Positions 39,457-49,052 of a stretch of 64,000 nucleotides of DNA are shown here, piece after piece. Every line of letters starts with the position of its first letter. Position 1 is the stretch's first letter. Source of the DNA: an uncultured OCS116 cluster bacterium (lineage in GTDB: Bacteria > Pseudomonadota > Alphaproteobacteria > Rhizobiales > TMED25). The position numbers and the translations under genes are program-made. The notes beneath the pieces were generated by a model. The model was given only the letters and a program-made list of their open reading frames with translations. It made no database searches and was not told where the DNA came from. The stretch spans positions 111,434 through 175,433 of the forward strand of contig CACBED010000001.1 in the NCBI GenBank assembly GCA_902538185.1. The letters run 5' to 3'.

Positions 39457-40809
39457 ATGGATAAAAAAATACTATTAGGTGGTGCTGCTGCTCTGCTTTT
39501 AGTAGGAAACATGATTGCAACTCCTGCAAATGCTGCTATTGAAATCGGCATTAGTGGGGAAGCAACAGTTGAACTTACTATGGGCGATGTATGCGACAAC
39601 ACAAATGCTACAAATGATGCAATTGAAACAGCATTAGGTGTAGATGGTATTGCTGCTATTAATGCATTAAATACAGATATTACTATCACAGAAACAAATT
39701 CAGGTTCTGATGATGTAGCAGATGTAGCTGACTCAGCAGTAACATATGACGACAACGGTTGTGGTAGCGCAAGCGAAGATAACCCAGTTCTAGATACAGG
39801 TGCTGATTTCGATATCTCAGCTTCTGGTACACTAGCTAACGGTCTAACAATTGACTACAGCAACACAGCTGCTCTAGATGACTACAGCATAACATTTGGT
39901 GGTGCATTTGGTTCTCTAACAGTAGAATCAGGTATATCTGCAGTTGACTCAGCAATGGTTGGCGACACAGCTGGTGCTGATGTGACAGGACCAGATATGG
40001 AAGGTCACGTTCTAGCAACAGATGGTTCAGCAGGTAACGCAATACTTTATACTGCTCCATCAATGGGTAGCCTTGACTTTATGTTAAGTTATGCTCCAAA
40101 CTCAGCAGACTCAGGTCTAGATGATGCAGAATATACAGATACATTTGGTATCGCTGCTGTATTCAACGCAGACCTCATGACAATTAGTGCTGGTTTTGAA
40201 AGCGCATCTTCAGATGAGACTTGTGGTCCTGTAACTTTTGCACTTGCTGGTCTAACAGCTGCTGTTGACAACATTTACTATGACCATTCTGGTGAAGAAG
40301 AAGCAACACACCATGATGAAGTAATTGTACAAAACTCAACTGCTCTAGCAACAGGCGACTTACTACTAGAAGCTGGTACAGCTGCAGTAGCAGGGTCAAC
40401 AACTGCTGATGCTCTATTCGACTCAGTCTATGGTAGAGACCTTTGTGGTGATCAAGACCTAGTTGCAGTCGGCATGGAAATGTCAGCAGGTGACATCGAT
40501 GTCAGTGCTGGTTATTCTGCAATTGATACAGATGAAGCTGATCAAACAACAATGTCAGTCGGTCTTGGAACTTCATTTGGTGACTACAGCCTAGCTGCTG
40601 GTTATGCAAATACAGTTCTTGAGTACCAAGCTGGTGATCTAGAAGACGAACAAACTGTTATTGATGTAACACTTGGTACATCATTAGGTGATGGCGTTGA
40701 TCTAGACCTTACTTTCTCAAACAACGACATGAGTAAGGCTTCACAAGCAAATGGTGCTGGTGACACAACAAACTACCGTGCTGGTATGAAAGTAACAGTT
40801 GGTTTCTAA
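39457..40809 (+). CDS. outer-membrane beta-barrel porin, acidic (paralogue 2; probably highly expressed)
   Basis: AAAGGA Shine-Dalgarno 6 nt before ATG 39457, signal peptide MDKKILLGGAAALLLVGNMIATPANA|A, and a C-terminal YRAGMKVTVGF. Shares a long C-terminal motif block with the upstream porin. ATG 39442 is an alternative start. Confidence 0.8.
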   Translation: MDKKILLGGAAALLLVGNMIATPANAAIEIGISGEATVELTMGDVCDNTNATNDAIETALGVDGIAAINALNTDITITETNSGSDDVADVADSAVTYDDNGCGSASEDNPVLDTGADFDISASGTLANGLTIDYSNTAALDDYSITFGGAFGSLTVESGISAVDSAMVGDTAGADVTGPDMEGHVLATDGSAGNAILYTAPSMGSLDFMLSYAPNSADSGLDDAEYTDTFGIAAVFNADLMTISAGFESASSDETCGPVTFALAGLTAAVDNIYYDHSGEEEATHHDEVIVQNSTALATGDLLLEAGTAAVAGSTTADALFDSVYGRDLCGDQDLVAVGMEMSAGDIDVSAGYSAIDTDEADQTTMSVGLGTSFGDYSLAAGYANTVLEYQAGDLEDEQTVIDVTLGTSLGDGVDLDLTFSNNDMSKASQANGAGDTTNYRAGMKVTVGF

Positions 40810-40835
40810 TTAATTTTAGAAGTTTGTTTACTAAG

Positions 40836-40866
40836 AAAGGGTGGTTTCGACCACCCTTTTTTTTTG
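40836..40866 (+). terminator. rho-independent terminator after porin 2
   Basis: AAAGGGTGGT-TTCG-ACCACCCTTT, a perfect 10-bp stem, followed by a T-run. It lies 27 nt after the stop codon. Confidence 0.85.
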
Positions 40867-40899
40867 TCAAAAATCATATTTTCACGTATTATTTTACCT

Positions 40900-41592
40900 A
40901 TGTATAACACCTCAGCATTAACCTCGAGCGAGATTGTCAATAACTATCATAAGGTTTGCGATCGCATAAAAGTAGCAGCTGAAAGCGTTGATAGAGATTA
41001 TAATGAAATATGTTTAGTAGTAGTCACCAAAACATTTGATCCATCTGTGTTTATTCCCTTGATTGATGTAGGCCATAAAAATTTTGGTGAAAATAAAGTC
41101 CAGGAAGCAGAAGATAAATGGGTGCCAATTTTACGTGATTATCATGATGTTCGGTTGCATCTTATTGGACACCTCCAATCAAATAAAGTAAAGAAAGCAA
41201 TGGAATTATTTTATTCAATTCATACAATAGACTCACCGAAAAGGGTCAATGCTGTTATTAAAAATATGAATAATCATAATAATAAATGCACAGAGTACTT
41301 CATAGAACTTAATTTGGGTAATGAGTTACAAAAATATGGTCTAGAGCAAAATAAATTACCAAATATATTGGACGAAAAAAAATATTCAGATCAAATAGAT
41401 TTTGTAGGGCTCATGTGTATTCCGCCATATGAGGAGGCGCCATCACCGTATTTCGCATTATTAAAAAAAATCGCTGATAAGTTCGGATTGAAAGGTCTTT
41501 CTATGGGGATGAGCTCCGATTTTGAACAAGCTATTCAATTTGGTGCTACACATGTAAGGGTAGGAAGTGAAATATTTGGTTCCCGATCATGA
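40900..41592 (+). CDS. yggS: YggS-family pyridoxal-phosphate homeostasis protein
   Basis: VVTKT (PLP lysine), FGENKVQE, HLIGHLQSNK, and LSMGMSSDF motifs. ATG 40900 is chosen because the TTG at 40864 lies inside the upstream terminator. Confidence 0.88.
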   Translation: MYNTSALTSSEIVNNYHKVCDRIKVAAESVDRDYNEICLVVVTKTFDPSVFIPLIDVGHKNFGENKVQEAEDKWVPILRDYHDVRLHLIGHLQSNKVKKAMELFYSIHTIDSPKRVNAVIKNMNNHNNKCTEYFIELNLGNELQKYGLEQNKLPNILDEKKYSDQIDFVGLMCIPPYEEAPSPYFALLKKIADKFGLKGLSMGMSSDFEQAIQFGATHVRVGSEIFGSRS

Positions 41593-42017
41593 ATATAAAT
41601 CAAATTATAAAGATTTTAAAAAAAACGGAAAGCTTCAAGGTGCAAACAGATAGTTTCTTGAACACGCTTGCATTTACCGCAGAGAAGATAGAGTATTCTA
41701 CAGGTGATCTGATCATAAAATCAGGTGAGAAAAATATTAAGTGTGTAGTAATACTTGAGGGTAAGGCGTTTATTCAAAAAAAAATGAGCCCAATTGAGTT
41801 AAAGGCTGGTTCTGTGATTGGTTTACTTTCACTGATAAATAATACCTACCCAAAGGATGCACTGATAGCTGGCACAAAAGGGTTAGCGCTGGTGATAAAC
41901 CGAGAATTGTTTGAAAAGCTTTTACAGGAGTTCCCTGATTTTAACCAGAATTTAAAATCAAAGCTAATAAGTGACCTTAATGAAAAGGCGAGTAGATTAC
42001 AAACAGTATTTCGTTAA
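41589..42017 (+). CDS. stand-alone cyclic-nucleotide-binding (cNMP/Crp-type beta-roll) domain protein
   Basis: 142 aa with the pattern YSTGDLIIKSGEKNIKCVVILEGKA...GSVIGLLSL typical of cNMP-binding domains. There is no DNA-binding helix-turn-helix. The start overlaps the yggS stop (ATGA). Confidence 0.6.
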   Translation: MNINQIIKILKKTESFKVQTDSFLNTLAFTAEKIEYSTGDLIIKSGEKNIKCVVILEGKAFIQKKMSPIELKAGSVIGLLSLINNTYPKDALIAGTKGLALVINRELFEKLLQEFPDFNQNLKSKLISDLNEKASRLQTVFR

Positions 42018-42021
42018 TTAC

Positions 42022-42855
42022 TTAGGTAATATTGCTAACTTGCAAGGTAATAGAAATTGGAACATGGTCTGAGGGCCTCTCAAAATCTCTTGCTGTTTGA
42101 TAAATGTAGTGGTCATTATAATGTTCTAATAAATTTTGTGTTATCCATATATGGTCTAAACGCCTACCACGATTAGATTTTTTCCAGTCTCGATTACGGT
42201 AACTCCACCACGAGTAGACTTTTTCATCTTCCTCCGCATAGTATCTCAGTACATCACAAAAATTATGTTTGCTAATAATTTCTAATAATTTTGATCTTTC
42301 GACTTCAGTATGACTGACAACATTCATTAGCTGTCGGTGAGACCACACATCATTTACGTGGGGAGCAATATTCATATCGCCAACAATGACATGATACTGA
42401 TCATCAGCGATTTGAGCTTTCATGTGCTGATACATTTCATCTAAAAAATCTAGTTTATGTTTAAACTTGGGATTTTTGTTAATATCGGGTTCGTCACCAC
42501 CTGCTGGAACATAAAAGTTATGTAATTTCACGCTCTTTTTCTTCGTACCCAGATTAAATTCAGTTCCAATGTAACGACAATCACTTTTACCGCAAAAATC
42601 CTTCTCAATTATTTCCTTGAATTGGACTCTGGAAATTATTGCTACACCATTATAAGATGCTTGACCTCTATGCGCGACATACTTATAACCGAGTTCTTGG
42701 ACTGAGGCCAATGGAAATTTATCATTTTCACATTTTGTTTCTTGCAAACAAATTATATCAGGATTGAGCTCGGTAACAATTTTTTTTAATTGTTCAAGTC
42801 TTATACGGATACTATTAATATTCCAGCTAACAACTTTTATATTTTGCTCAGTCAT
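42022..42855 (-). CDS. xthA: exodeoxyribonuclease III
   Basis: VVSWNINSIR, CLQETK, and a C-terminal SDHVP motif. Confidence 0.93.
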   Translation of the reverse strand: MTEQNIKVVSWNINSIRIRLEQLKKIVTELNPDIICLQETKCENDKFPLASVQELGYKYVAHRGQASYNGVAIISRVQFKEIIEKDFCGKSDCRYIGTEFNLGTKKKSVKLHNFYVPAGGDEPDINKNPKFKHKLDFLDEMYQHMKAQIADDQYHVIVGDMNIAPHVNDVWSHRQLMNVVSHTEVERSKLLEIISKHNFCDVLRYYAEEDEKVYSWWSYRNRDWKKSNRGRRLDHIWITQNLLEHYNDHYIYQTARDFERPSDHVPISITLQVSNIT

Positions 42856-43474
42856 TTACTTTTTTGACAAGAAAATAGCTATTTTCAGCGACCTTTCCGT
42901 GAGCAACATTTGAGAGCTTGACATTAGTCTCAAGGCCCTGGGCATCAATTGTATACCATTCATATAACTCAAGGTTTGTATTAGACTCTGTTATGCTGTC
43001 TCTAACATGAAAATGAAGGGTAATTTCACCAATCTCTTCATCCGTTAGACCTTCAATAGATAAAACAAGAAATTTTTCGAAGAAATCAATACCCAAAATT
43101 CTTGCATCTTCGAGTAAATTAACATTATCTTTAAATAATACATAATGAGGAGAATATCTAATAGGGTAGCGATCAAGTGTATCCAGCTCCCTGTCTATAA
43201 TACCTAGCCAGATGCTATCCGAAACAACAAGAAGCGAGTCAGGCTGGGTGTAATCAAAACGAAATTTTCCAGGTCTTCTGATATAGAATCTACCTTCAGA
43301 AATTGTAGAGTCTGGATTTATTTGAATGAAATCACCTTCCATATGCTCGATATTATTAAGATATGCATTAACCGCATTTACAGCCTCGAGTTGGATAGGA
43401 TCTAAAAAGCTCGATTTTGAAGGAGCTATTTGTATTAGCAGAAGGACTATGGATGTAATAATTATTCTGAACAT
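42848..43474 (-). CDS. lolA: outer-membrane lipoprotein carrier LolA-like protein
   Basis: Signal peptide, about 200 aa, the F.Q......EG.FYIRRPGKFRFDY pattern, and a position downstream of ftsK as in many proteobacteria. Confidence 0.75.
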   Translation of the reverse strand: MFRIIITSIVLLLIQIAPSKSSFLDPIQLEAVNAVNAYLNNIEHMEGDFIQINPDSTISEGRFYIRRPGKFRFDYTQPDSLLVVSDSIWLGIIDRELDTLDRYPIRYSPHYVLFKDNVNLLEDARILGIDFFEKFLVLSIEGLTDEEIGEITLHFHVRDSITESNTNLELYEWYTIDAQGLETNVKLSNVAHGKVAENSYFLVKKVND

Positions 43475-43514
43475 ATATTTTTATATACTAGACGATAATA
43501 TATGATAATTAATA

Positions 43515-45962
43515 TTAAATATTGTCAAAATTTTGTTCAGTCAACAATATTTCTCTGCGACCGTAACTATCGGCCTCAGAAATTATTCCCTCATTTTCCA
43601 TTTTCTCTATAATATTTGCTGCTTTATTGTAGCCGATACCAAGTCTCCTCTGGACATAACTTGTGGAAGCTTTTTTGCCAGTAACGATTACTTCGATTGC
43701 TTTTTGAAATAATTGCGGATCTATATTACTAAATTCACTTGGGTCTTTATTTGCATCTTCGGGCTCTTCAATGATTTCGTCAATGAAGTCTGGAGCAGCT
43801 TGTTTCTTTAGATAATCAACAATATCAGCCACTTCTTTATCATCAACAAAGGCTCCATGTACTCTAGTTGTTCTGTTGCCATCTGCAACATAAAGCATAT
43901 CACCTTTTCCAAGCAGCTGTTCAGCACCCGATTCACCTAAGACCACCCGGCTATCGATTTTTGAACTGACTTTGAAACTAACCCTTGCTGGAAAGTTAGC
44001 CTTTATAACACCACTTATAACATCAGTTGACGGTCGCTGTGTTGCCATGATGAGATGAATTCCAGCGGAGCGCGCCATTGCACCGAGTCTCGCCACAGAG
44101 TGCTCAATCTCTTTTCCTGCAACAGCCATTAGATCTGCCATTTCATCCACAATTACCACTATAAAAGGCATTTTTTTCAATGTAATTTCCTCATTATGAT
44201 AATTTGGTTTACCAGTTTTTTCATCAAAGCCAATCCGAACCTTTGTCTTAATGGTACCACCTTCCCTCTCAATTTTCTTATTATAACCTTCTAAATCTCT
44301 GACCCCAATTTTTGACATATTCTTATATCTCTTCTCCATTTCTCGTACAATCCACTTTAATGCTACGACAGCTTTTTTTGGCTCTGTTACAACAGGCGTT
44401 AGCAAATGTGGTATGCCTTCATATAAAGATAGCTCGAGCATTTTTGGGTCAATCATAATAAGTTTACAATCCTCTGGAGAGTATTTATATAGCAACGATA
44501 AGATCATGGTGTTTATCCCAACAGATTTACCCGAGCCAGTCGTTCCTGCAATTAAGAGATGTGGCATTGATGCCAAATCAACTACTACAGTTTTTCCTCC
44601 AATATTTTTACCAAGGGCAATCGCAAGTTTGTACGACGAATTTTCAAACTCCTCTGATTGTATGAGATCACTTAAAAATACGGTGCTTCTCTTAGCGATC
44701 GGTAGCTCGATACCAATTTTATTTTGTCCTGGAATAATTGCAACTCTTGCAGACTCTGCGGACATTGACATAGCAATATCTTCAGCTAAACCAACAACTC
44801 TTGTAGATTTAGTTCCAAGAGATGGCTCTAATTCAAAAAGTGTGACAACGGGCCCAGGTTTAATGTCTGTGATCTCCCCATTCACTTTATAATTGAGCAA
44901 GACGTTTGATAATTTTTGTGATATTACCTCAAGTTCATTTTGGTTTATTTTCTTTTCATAATTTTTTTCCGGATTTGTTTTTAAAAGGCTGAGCGACGGT
45001 AAAGAAAACTCATTTTGTTCAAAAAGATCTAAATTCTCCTTTTTATTATTGCCCCTTGGTTTTTTCATGTAAGATTTTTTTGGTTTTTTAGAAACGCTCA
45101 GGTCAATGTTTGGCTCAATACTCTCGCCAATGATGATACTCTCATCTCCATTTCGATGATCATGACTATCCCTGATCTCTTCATAACTTTCTTCTTCGTA
45201 TTTTCTATATTGTAATAGTGATTTCAGGCGTAATAAGATATTCACAAATATTTTTAGAATGATGTTGAGTATTAATATCAAAGGATTTGATTTCTTTAGG
45301 GAGATCTGTTGATGTATCTGATCAGACTCAAGCAACTTAATATTTCTTTTCCTCTTCATCCCCAACACTAATCTATTAAGACAAAAAGTCAGGACGATTG
45401 TTAATACAGAAATAATGAAGATGACCCGTTTAGAATTATTATCCGAAATAGTTTCAAAATTGCCTATAATAATTTCTCTCATTACAAGTGAGAGAGAGTC
45501 ACCAAGCAGCCCACCGGCGCCGACCAGGTAGGACCAGTTAATTGTCGATTTAAAAAAATCACTATCAGTAATACCAACATTTGACAGTAGTGTTATCCAA
45601 GCCAGGAAGTACATCGGATATTTTATATATCTTGGAATACCGGTTATTCTTTTTGATTGAATTATCATGTCAAAGCTTATAATTAGCATGATCGAAATGA
45701 GAATAAATGACCCAAGGCCCATAAACTGCAGCATTAAATCTGATATTATAGCCCCTGATGCGCCCAAGATATTACTTATGCTATTTTCATTATAATTATT
45801 TAAACTTGGATCGTAGGGTGTCCATGAAATGAGCGACGTTATTAAGTAAATCGCAACCGAGAATAATAATAAACCAAAAAGCCTTTTAGCTTGTTTTCTT
45901 ATGAACAATCGAAAGCCAGAAGGTAGTACGCTCTCAATAAAATTTAAACTCGATAATTTCAT
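43515..45962 (-). CDS. ftsK: DNA translocase FtsK
   Basis: N-terminal TM helices, a linker, the motor domain with Walker A GTTGSGKS and VVIVDEMADL, and a C-terminal gamma winged helix (ASTSYVQRRLGIGYNKAA). Confidence 0.97.
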   Translation of the reverse strand: MKLSSLNFIESVLPSGFRLFIRKQAKRLFGLLLFSVAIYLITSLISWTPYDPSLNNYNENSISNILGASGAIISDLMLQFMGLGSFILISIMLIISFDMIIQSKRITGIPRYIKYPMYFLAWITLLSNVGITDSDFFKSTINWSYLVGAGGLLGDSLSLVMREIIIGNFETISDNNSKRVIFIISVLTIVLTFCLNRLVLGMKRKRNIKLLESDQIHQQISLKKSNPLILILNIILKIFVNILLRLKSLLQYRKYEEESYEEIRDSHDHRNGDESIIIGESIEPNIDLSVSKKPKKSYMKKPRGNNKKENLDLFEQNEFSLPSLSLLKTNPEKNYEKKINQNELEVISQKLSNVLLNYKVNGEITDIKPGPVVTLFELEPSLGTKSTRVVGLAEDIAMSMSAESARVAIIPGQNKIGIELPIAKRSTVFLSDLIQSEEFENSSYKLAIALGKNIGGKTVVVDLASMPHLLIAGTTGSGKSVGINTMILSLLYKYSPEDCKLIMIDPKMLELSLYEGIPHLLTPVVTEPKKAVVALKWIVREMEKRYKNMSKIGVRDLEGYNKKIEREGGTIKTKVRIGFDEKTGKPNYHNEEITLKKMPFIVVIVDEMADLMAVAGKEIEHSVARLGAMARSAGIHLIMATQRPSTDVISGVIKANFPARVSFKVSSKIDSRVVLGESGAEQLLGKGDMLYVADGNRTTRVHGAFVDDKEVADIVDYLKKQAAPDFIDEIIEEPEDANKDPSEFSNIDPQLFQKAIEVIVTGKKASTSYVQRRLGIGYNKAANIIEKMENEGIISEADSYGRREILLTEQNFDNI

Positions 45963-45963
45963 T

Positions 45964-47115
45964 TTAATTAAGCACCTTATTTATTATCGCAACTCCCTGC
46001 TCTACATCACTATTGCTTCCAACTAATGCAATTCTAATGTAGTTATCCGCTGATGAAGGATCACCGGTGTTTACCGATAAATATGACCCCGGTATTACTT
46101 TTAAACCTGCAGACCACAGCTTTATTGCTACTTCTTCATCGGAACCGAACTCTGATATTTGTAACCATGCAAAAAAACCACCTCTTGGTGTATTAAAATT
46201 AAACTTTTTATCGATATTATTTTGAAATATTTCAAATTTTTGATTGTATAGCTTTCTATTCTCGATAACATGGTTTTCATCATCCCATAATGCTTCTGAG
46301 GCTATTTGGATTGGTGTAGGAACAGTTGGTGCCGAAACATTTCTTAGGTCAAAGAATTTATTAATAAGGCTCTTTTCACCAAAAACAAAACCCGATCTAA
46401 GTCCAGGGGCATTTGATCTTTTAGATAATGAGTTGAATGATAAAATATTTTTAAACTTATTTTTTTCTGCTACTTCGATAATACTGTACGGTGCTTCATC
46501 TCGATAAATTTCAGAGTAGCACTCATCGGCTATTATAGTAAAATTATATCGAAGTGATATCTCATAGAGTTTCTCTAAATATTCTTTGCTTGCAATTGAT
46601 CCTTGTGGGTTTGATGGCGAGCATAAATAAAAAGCTATGGTCTTGGACCAAGTATTATGCTCAACCATGCTTAGATTAATAAAAAAATTGTCCTCTTCTG
46701 TGACATTAATAGTTAGATTTTCTCTTTCTGTATAATATCCTGTTGTTGCATATACAGGGTAAAATGGGTTCGGAAGGATAAATATTGATTTATTATTCTG
46801 TAATTTTTTAGCAAGCAAGCTGCCAAAAAAAAGCCCTTCCCTCGATCCAGAGATAGGTAAAATATTACTAGTATAGTTATCTGTTTTAAGATTGTGCCGA
46901 CGGGAAAGCCATTTGGATATATTCTTGCCAAAATTTGGGTTTGAATTTGCTGAGGGATAATTTTGGAATTCTATAAAATTATCATAAATAATTTCTCTTA
47001 TAAATGATGGCATTTCATGTTTTGGAGAACCAATAGACATATCAATCCAACCATCTTTCTCAGGATAGTTTTTAAGTAGTTCGCGTGTGCGCTGAAATGG
47101 TGAGAGAAATATCAT
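45964..47115 (-). CDS. class I/II PLP-dependent aminotransferase (succinyldiaminopimelate transaminase DapC-like)
   Basis: N-terminal pattern MSIGSPKHEMPSFI and the PLP-lysine motif SLSKRSNAPGLRSG. The specific substrate is not determinable by eye. Confidence 0.75.
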   Translation of the reverse strand: MIFLSPFQRTRELLKNYPEKDGWIDMSIGSPKHEMPSFIREIIYDNFIEFQNYPSANSNPNFGKNISKWLSRRHNLKTDNYTSNILPISGSREGLFFGSLLAKKLQNNKSIFILPNPFYPVYATTGYYTERENLTINVTEEDNFFINLSMVEHNTWSKTIAFYLCSPSNPQGSIASKEYLEKLYEISLRYNFTIIADECYSEIYRDEAPYSIIEVAEKNKFKNILSFNSLSKRSNAPGLRSGFVFGEKSLINKFFDLRNVSAPTVPTPIQIASEALWDDENHVIENRKLYNQKFEIFQNNIDKKFNFNTPRGGFFAWLQISEFGSDEEVAIKLWSAGLKVIPGSYLSVNTGDPSSADNYIRIALVGSNSDVEQGVAIINKVLN

Positions 47116-47180
47116 TAATCCTCATAATAAACAACACTTTATTATAGAATTATCTGGTTAAACGTATGTTAATAACTAAT

Positions 47181-47211
47181 AAAAAAGGTGGCCATTTAGA
47201 CCACCTTTTTT
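47181..47211 (-). terminator. rho-independent terminator after amtB
   Basis: AAAAAAGGTGG-CCATTTAGA-CCACCTTTTTT. On the minus strand the stem is followed by a T-run. It lies 26 nt downstream of the amtB stop, and its symmetric A/T flanks could act in both directions. Confidence 0.8.
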
Positions 47212-47236
47212 ATGGGAGAATATAACAGTGTAAATA

Positions 47237-48526
47237 TTATGACTTAGAGAAGTCTGGATAAGCTTCCATACCTAATTCAGCTTTATCTACACCGGATAGT
47301 TCGGCTTCTTCGCTTACGCGTATACCAATTGTTGATTTCATTACGAACCATACAATTGCACTGACAACACTTACGAAGACACCAATTGAAATAACACCAA
47401 TGAACTGGGTTACAACACTTGTTCCGTCGTTTGATAGCGGAACAACTAGTGTTCCCCAAATACCTGCGAGTAGATGTACAGGAATAGCACCAACGACATC
47501 GTCGATTTTAAATTTATCAAGCATCGGTACAGCAAGTACAACTATAATACCACCGATACCACCAATGATTATTGATAGAAGTGGTGAAGGCATTAGAGGT
47601 TCTGCTGTAATAGATACAAGACCTGCTAGAGCACCGTTTAGGGCCATAGTTAGATCAACTTTTTTGTACAATACTTGTGATAGGATAATTGCGGCAACAA
47701 CACCACCCGCAGCAGCAAGATTTGTGTTCATAAATATTTTAGATACGGATGATGCATCTTCTAATGAACCAAGGGCAAGCTGTGAGCCACCATTAAATCC
47801 AAACCAACCTAGCCACAGAATGAAAGTACCCAGTGTTGCTAACGGCATAGATGACCCTGGCATAGGATTAACAGTACCGTCTTCATTATATCTTCCGGCT
47901 CGTGAACCAAGTATTAGAGCGCCCATAAGAGCCGCCCATCCACCTGTTGAGTGAACTATTGTAGACCCAGCAAAATCACTGAAGCCTAGTTCGGAGAGGA
48001 AACCTCCGCCCCATTGCCATGCGCCTTGGATAGGGTAAATAATACCACATAGTATAACAACGAATATTAGAAACGGAATTAATTTGATACGCTCAGCGAG
48101 TGTACCAGATACTATGGAAGCTGCTGTTGCACAGAATACCATTTGGAAAAACCAATCTGAAGCTGCAGAGTAGTCTCCTGTGTCAACTGATGGGTCTGGA
48201 ACACTAAAAGCTGTGAAGCTTCCAAAAAATCCACCATCAACGCCATCATACATTAAATTGTAGCCAAGTACCCAAAAAGCTATACCAGCTATTGAGTAAA
48301 GAGCTATATTTTTCGTACATTGCATGGCAACGCTTTTAGAACGTACCATGCCAGCCTCTAGCATTGCAAAGCCAGCTGCCATCCACATAACCAAGAATCC
48401 ACCGATCAAGAATAGCAAAGTATTGAATACGTAAGCTGTATCTTCACCAGCAGCGTTGGCAGGTTCAGTCATGGTCAGAGTAATAACTCCGAGTCCAATT
48501 GCTGATAATAATAATTTTTTTAACAT
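47237..48526 (-). CDS. amtB: ammonium transporter
   Basis: Signal peptide plus 11 TM helices, with DFAGSTIVHSTGGWAAL and the VGAIPVHLLAGIWGTL signature histidines. Confidence 0.96.
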   Translation of the reverse strand: MLKKLLLSAIGLGVITLTMTEPANAAGEDTAYVFNTLLFLIGGFLVMWMAAGFAMLEAGMVRSKSVAMQCTKNIALYSIAGIAFWVLGYNLMYDGVDGGFFGSFTAFSVPDPSVDTGDYSAASDWFFQMVFCATAASIVSGTLAERIKLIPFLIFVVILCGIIYPIQGAWQWGGGFLSELGFSDFAGSTIVHSTGGWAALMGALILGSRAGRYNEDGTVNPMPGSSMPLATLGTFILWLGWFGFNGGSQLALGSLEDASSVSKIFMNTNLAAAGGVVAAIILSQVLYKKVDLTMALNGALAGLVSITAEPLMPSPLLSIIIGGIGGIIVVLAVPMLDKFKIDDVVGAIPVHLLAGIWGTLVVPLSNDGTSVVTQFIGVISIGVFVSVVSAIVWFVMKSTIGIRVSEEAELSGVDKAELGMEAYPDFSKS

Positions 48527-48544
48527 TTTTTTCTCCTAGTTTTT

Positions 48545-48883
48545 CTAAAGGGCTTCGGCGTCTTTTTCGCCAGTCCTAATTCTAATTGCGCCTTGCACGT
48601 CAGAGACAAATATTTTACCGTCACCAACTTTGTCTGTTTTACCAGCTTCAACTATAGCGCTAGTTGCTGAATCAAGTAGATCATCTTTAACAACAAGATC
48701 AATTTGGATCTTTGGAATAAGATTTACTTCATATTCAGCGCCTCGATAAACTTCGGTATGTCCTTTTTGGCGACCAAAACCTTTTACCTCGGTAACAGTC
48801 ATCCCTTCAATCCCAAGATCAACGAGAGCTTTTCTTACGTCATCAAGCTTGAATGGCTTAATGATTGCTGTAATTAATTTCAT
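48545..48883 (-). CDS. glnK: nitrogen regulatory protein P-II (GlnK)
   Basis: 112 aa: MKLITAIIKPFKLDDV..., a T-loop GRQKGHTEVYRGAEY containing the Tyr, and linkage to amtB. Confidence 0.96.
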   Translation of the reverse strand: MKLITAIIKPFKLDDVRKALVDLGIEGMTVTEVKGFGRQKGHTEVYRGAEYEVNLIPKIQIDLVVKDDLLDSATSAIVEAGKTDKVGDGKIFVSDVQGAIRIRTGEKDAEAL

Positions 48884-48919
48884 CGAATTTCTCCTTTTAA
48901 AATCGTTCGGTATAATTAG

Positions 48920-48935
48920 TGCAAAAAGTGTGCCA
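48920..48935 (-). promoter_or_regulatory. sigma-54 (-24/-12) promoter for glnK-amtB
   Basis: The minus strand reads TGGCAC-ACTTT-TTGCA, an exact TGGCAC-N5-TTGC. The -12 GC is about 38 nt upstream of the glnK ATG, and an AAGGAG Shine-Dalgarno lies between them. Confidence 0.75.
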
Positions 48936-49052
48936 AGTTTTGGAAATTTATTATAAACTATTGTTATACAACAATAATTTTTTTCTCTGGGAACTCTTTA
49001 ATGTTTGGATAAAAGTAATAAGATTAAAAATTATGCACTATTTGAAATATGA

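Noticed and set aside
47400-47954. 184-aa ORF on the plus strand inside amtB. Similar long antisense ORFs lie at 44413-44892 (ftsK), 5354-5770 (dnaK), 24670-25080 (rho), 28649-29080 (mnmE/mnmG junction), 39366-39755 and 37869-38156 (porins), 11855-12190 and 12937-13275 (his genes).
   Set aside because: Each lies entirely antisense to a confidently identified conserved gene. The translations are low-complexity (Ser/Pro/Ile-rich) with no recognisable motifs. Such shadow ORFs are expected opposite codon-biased genes.
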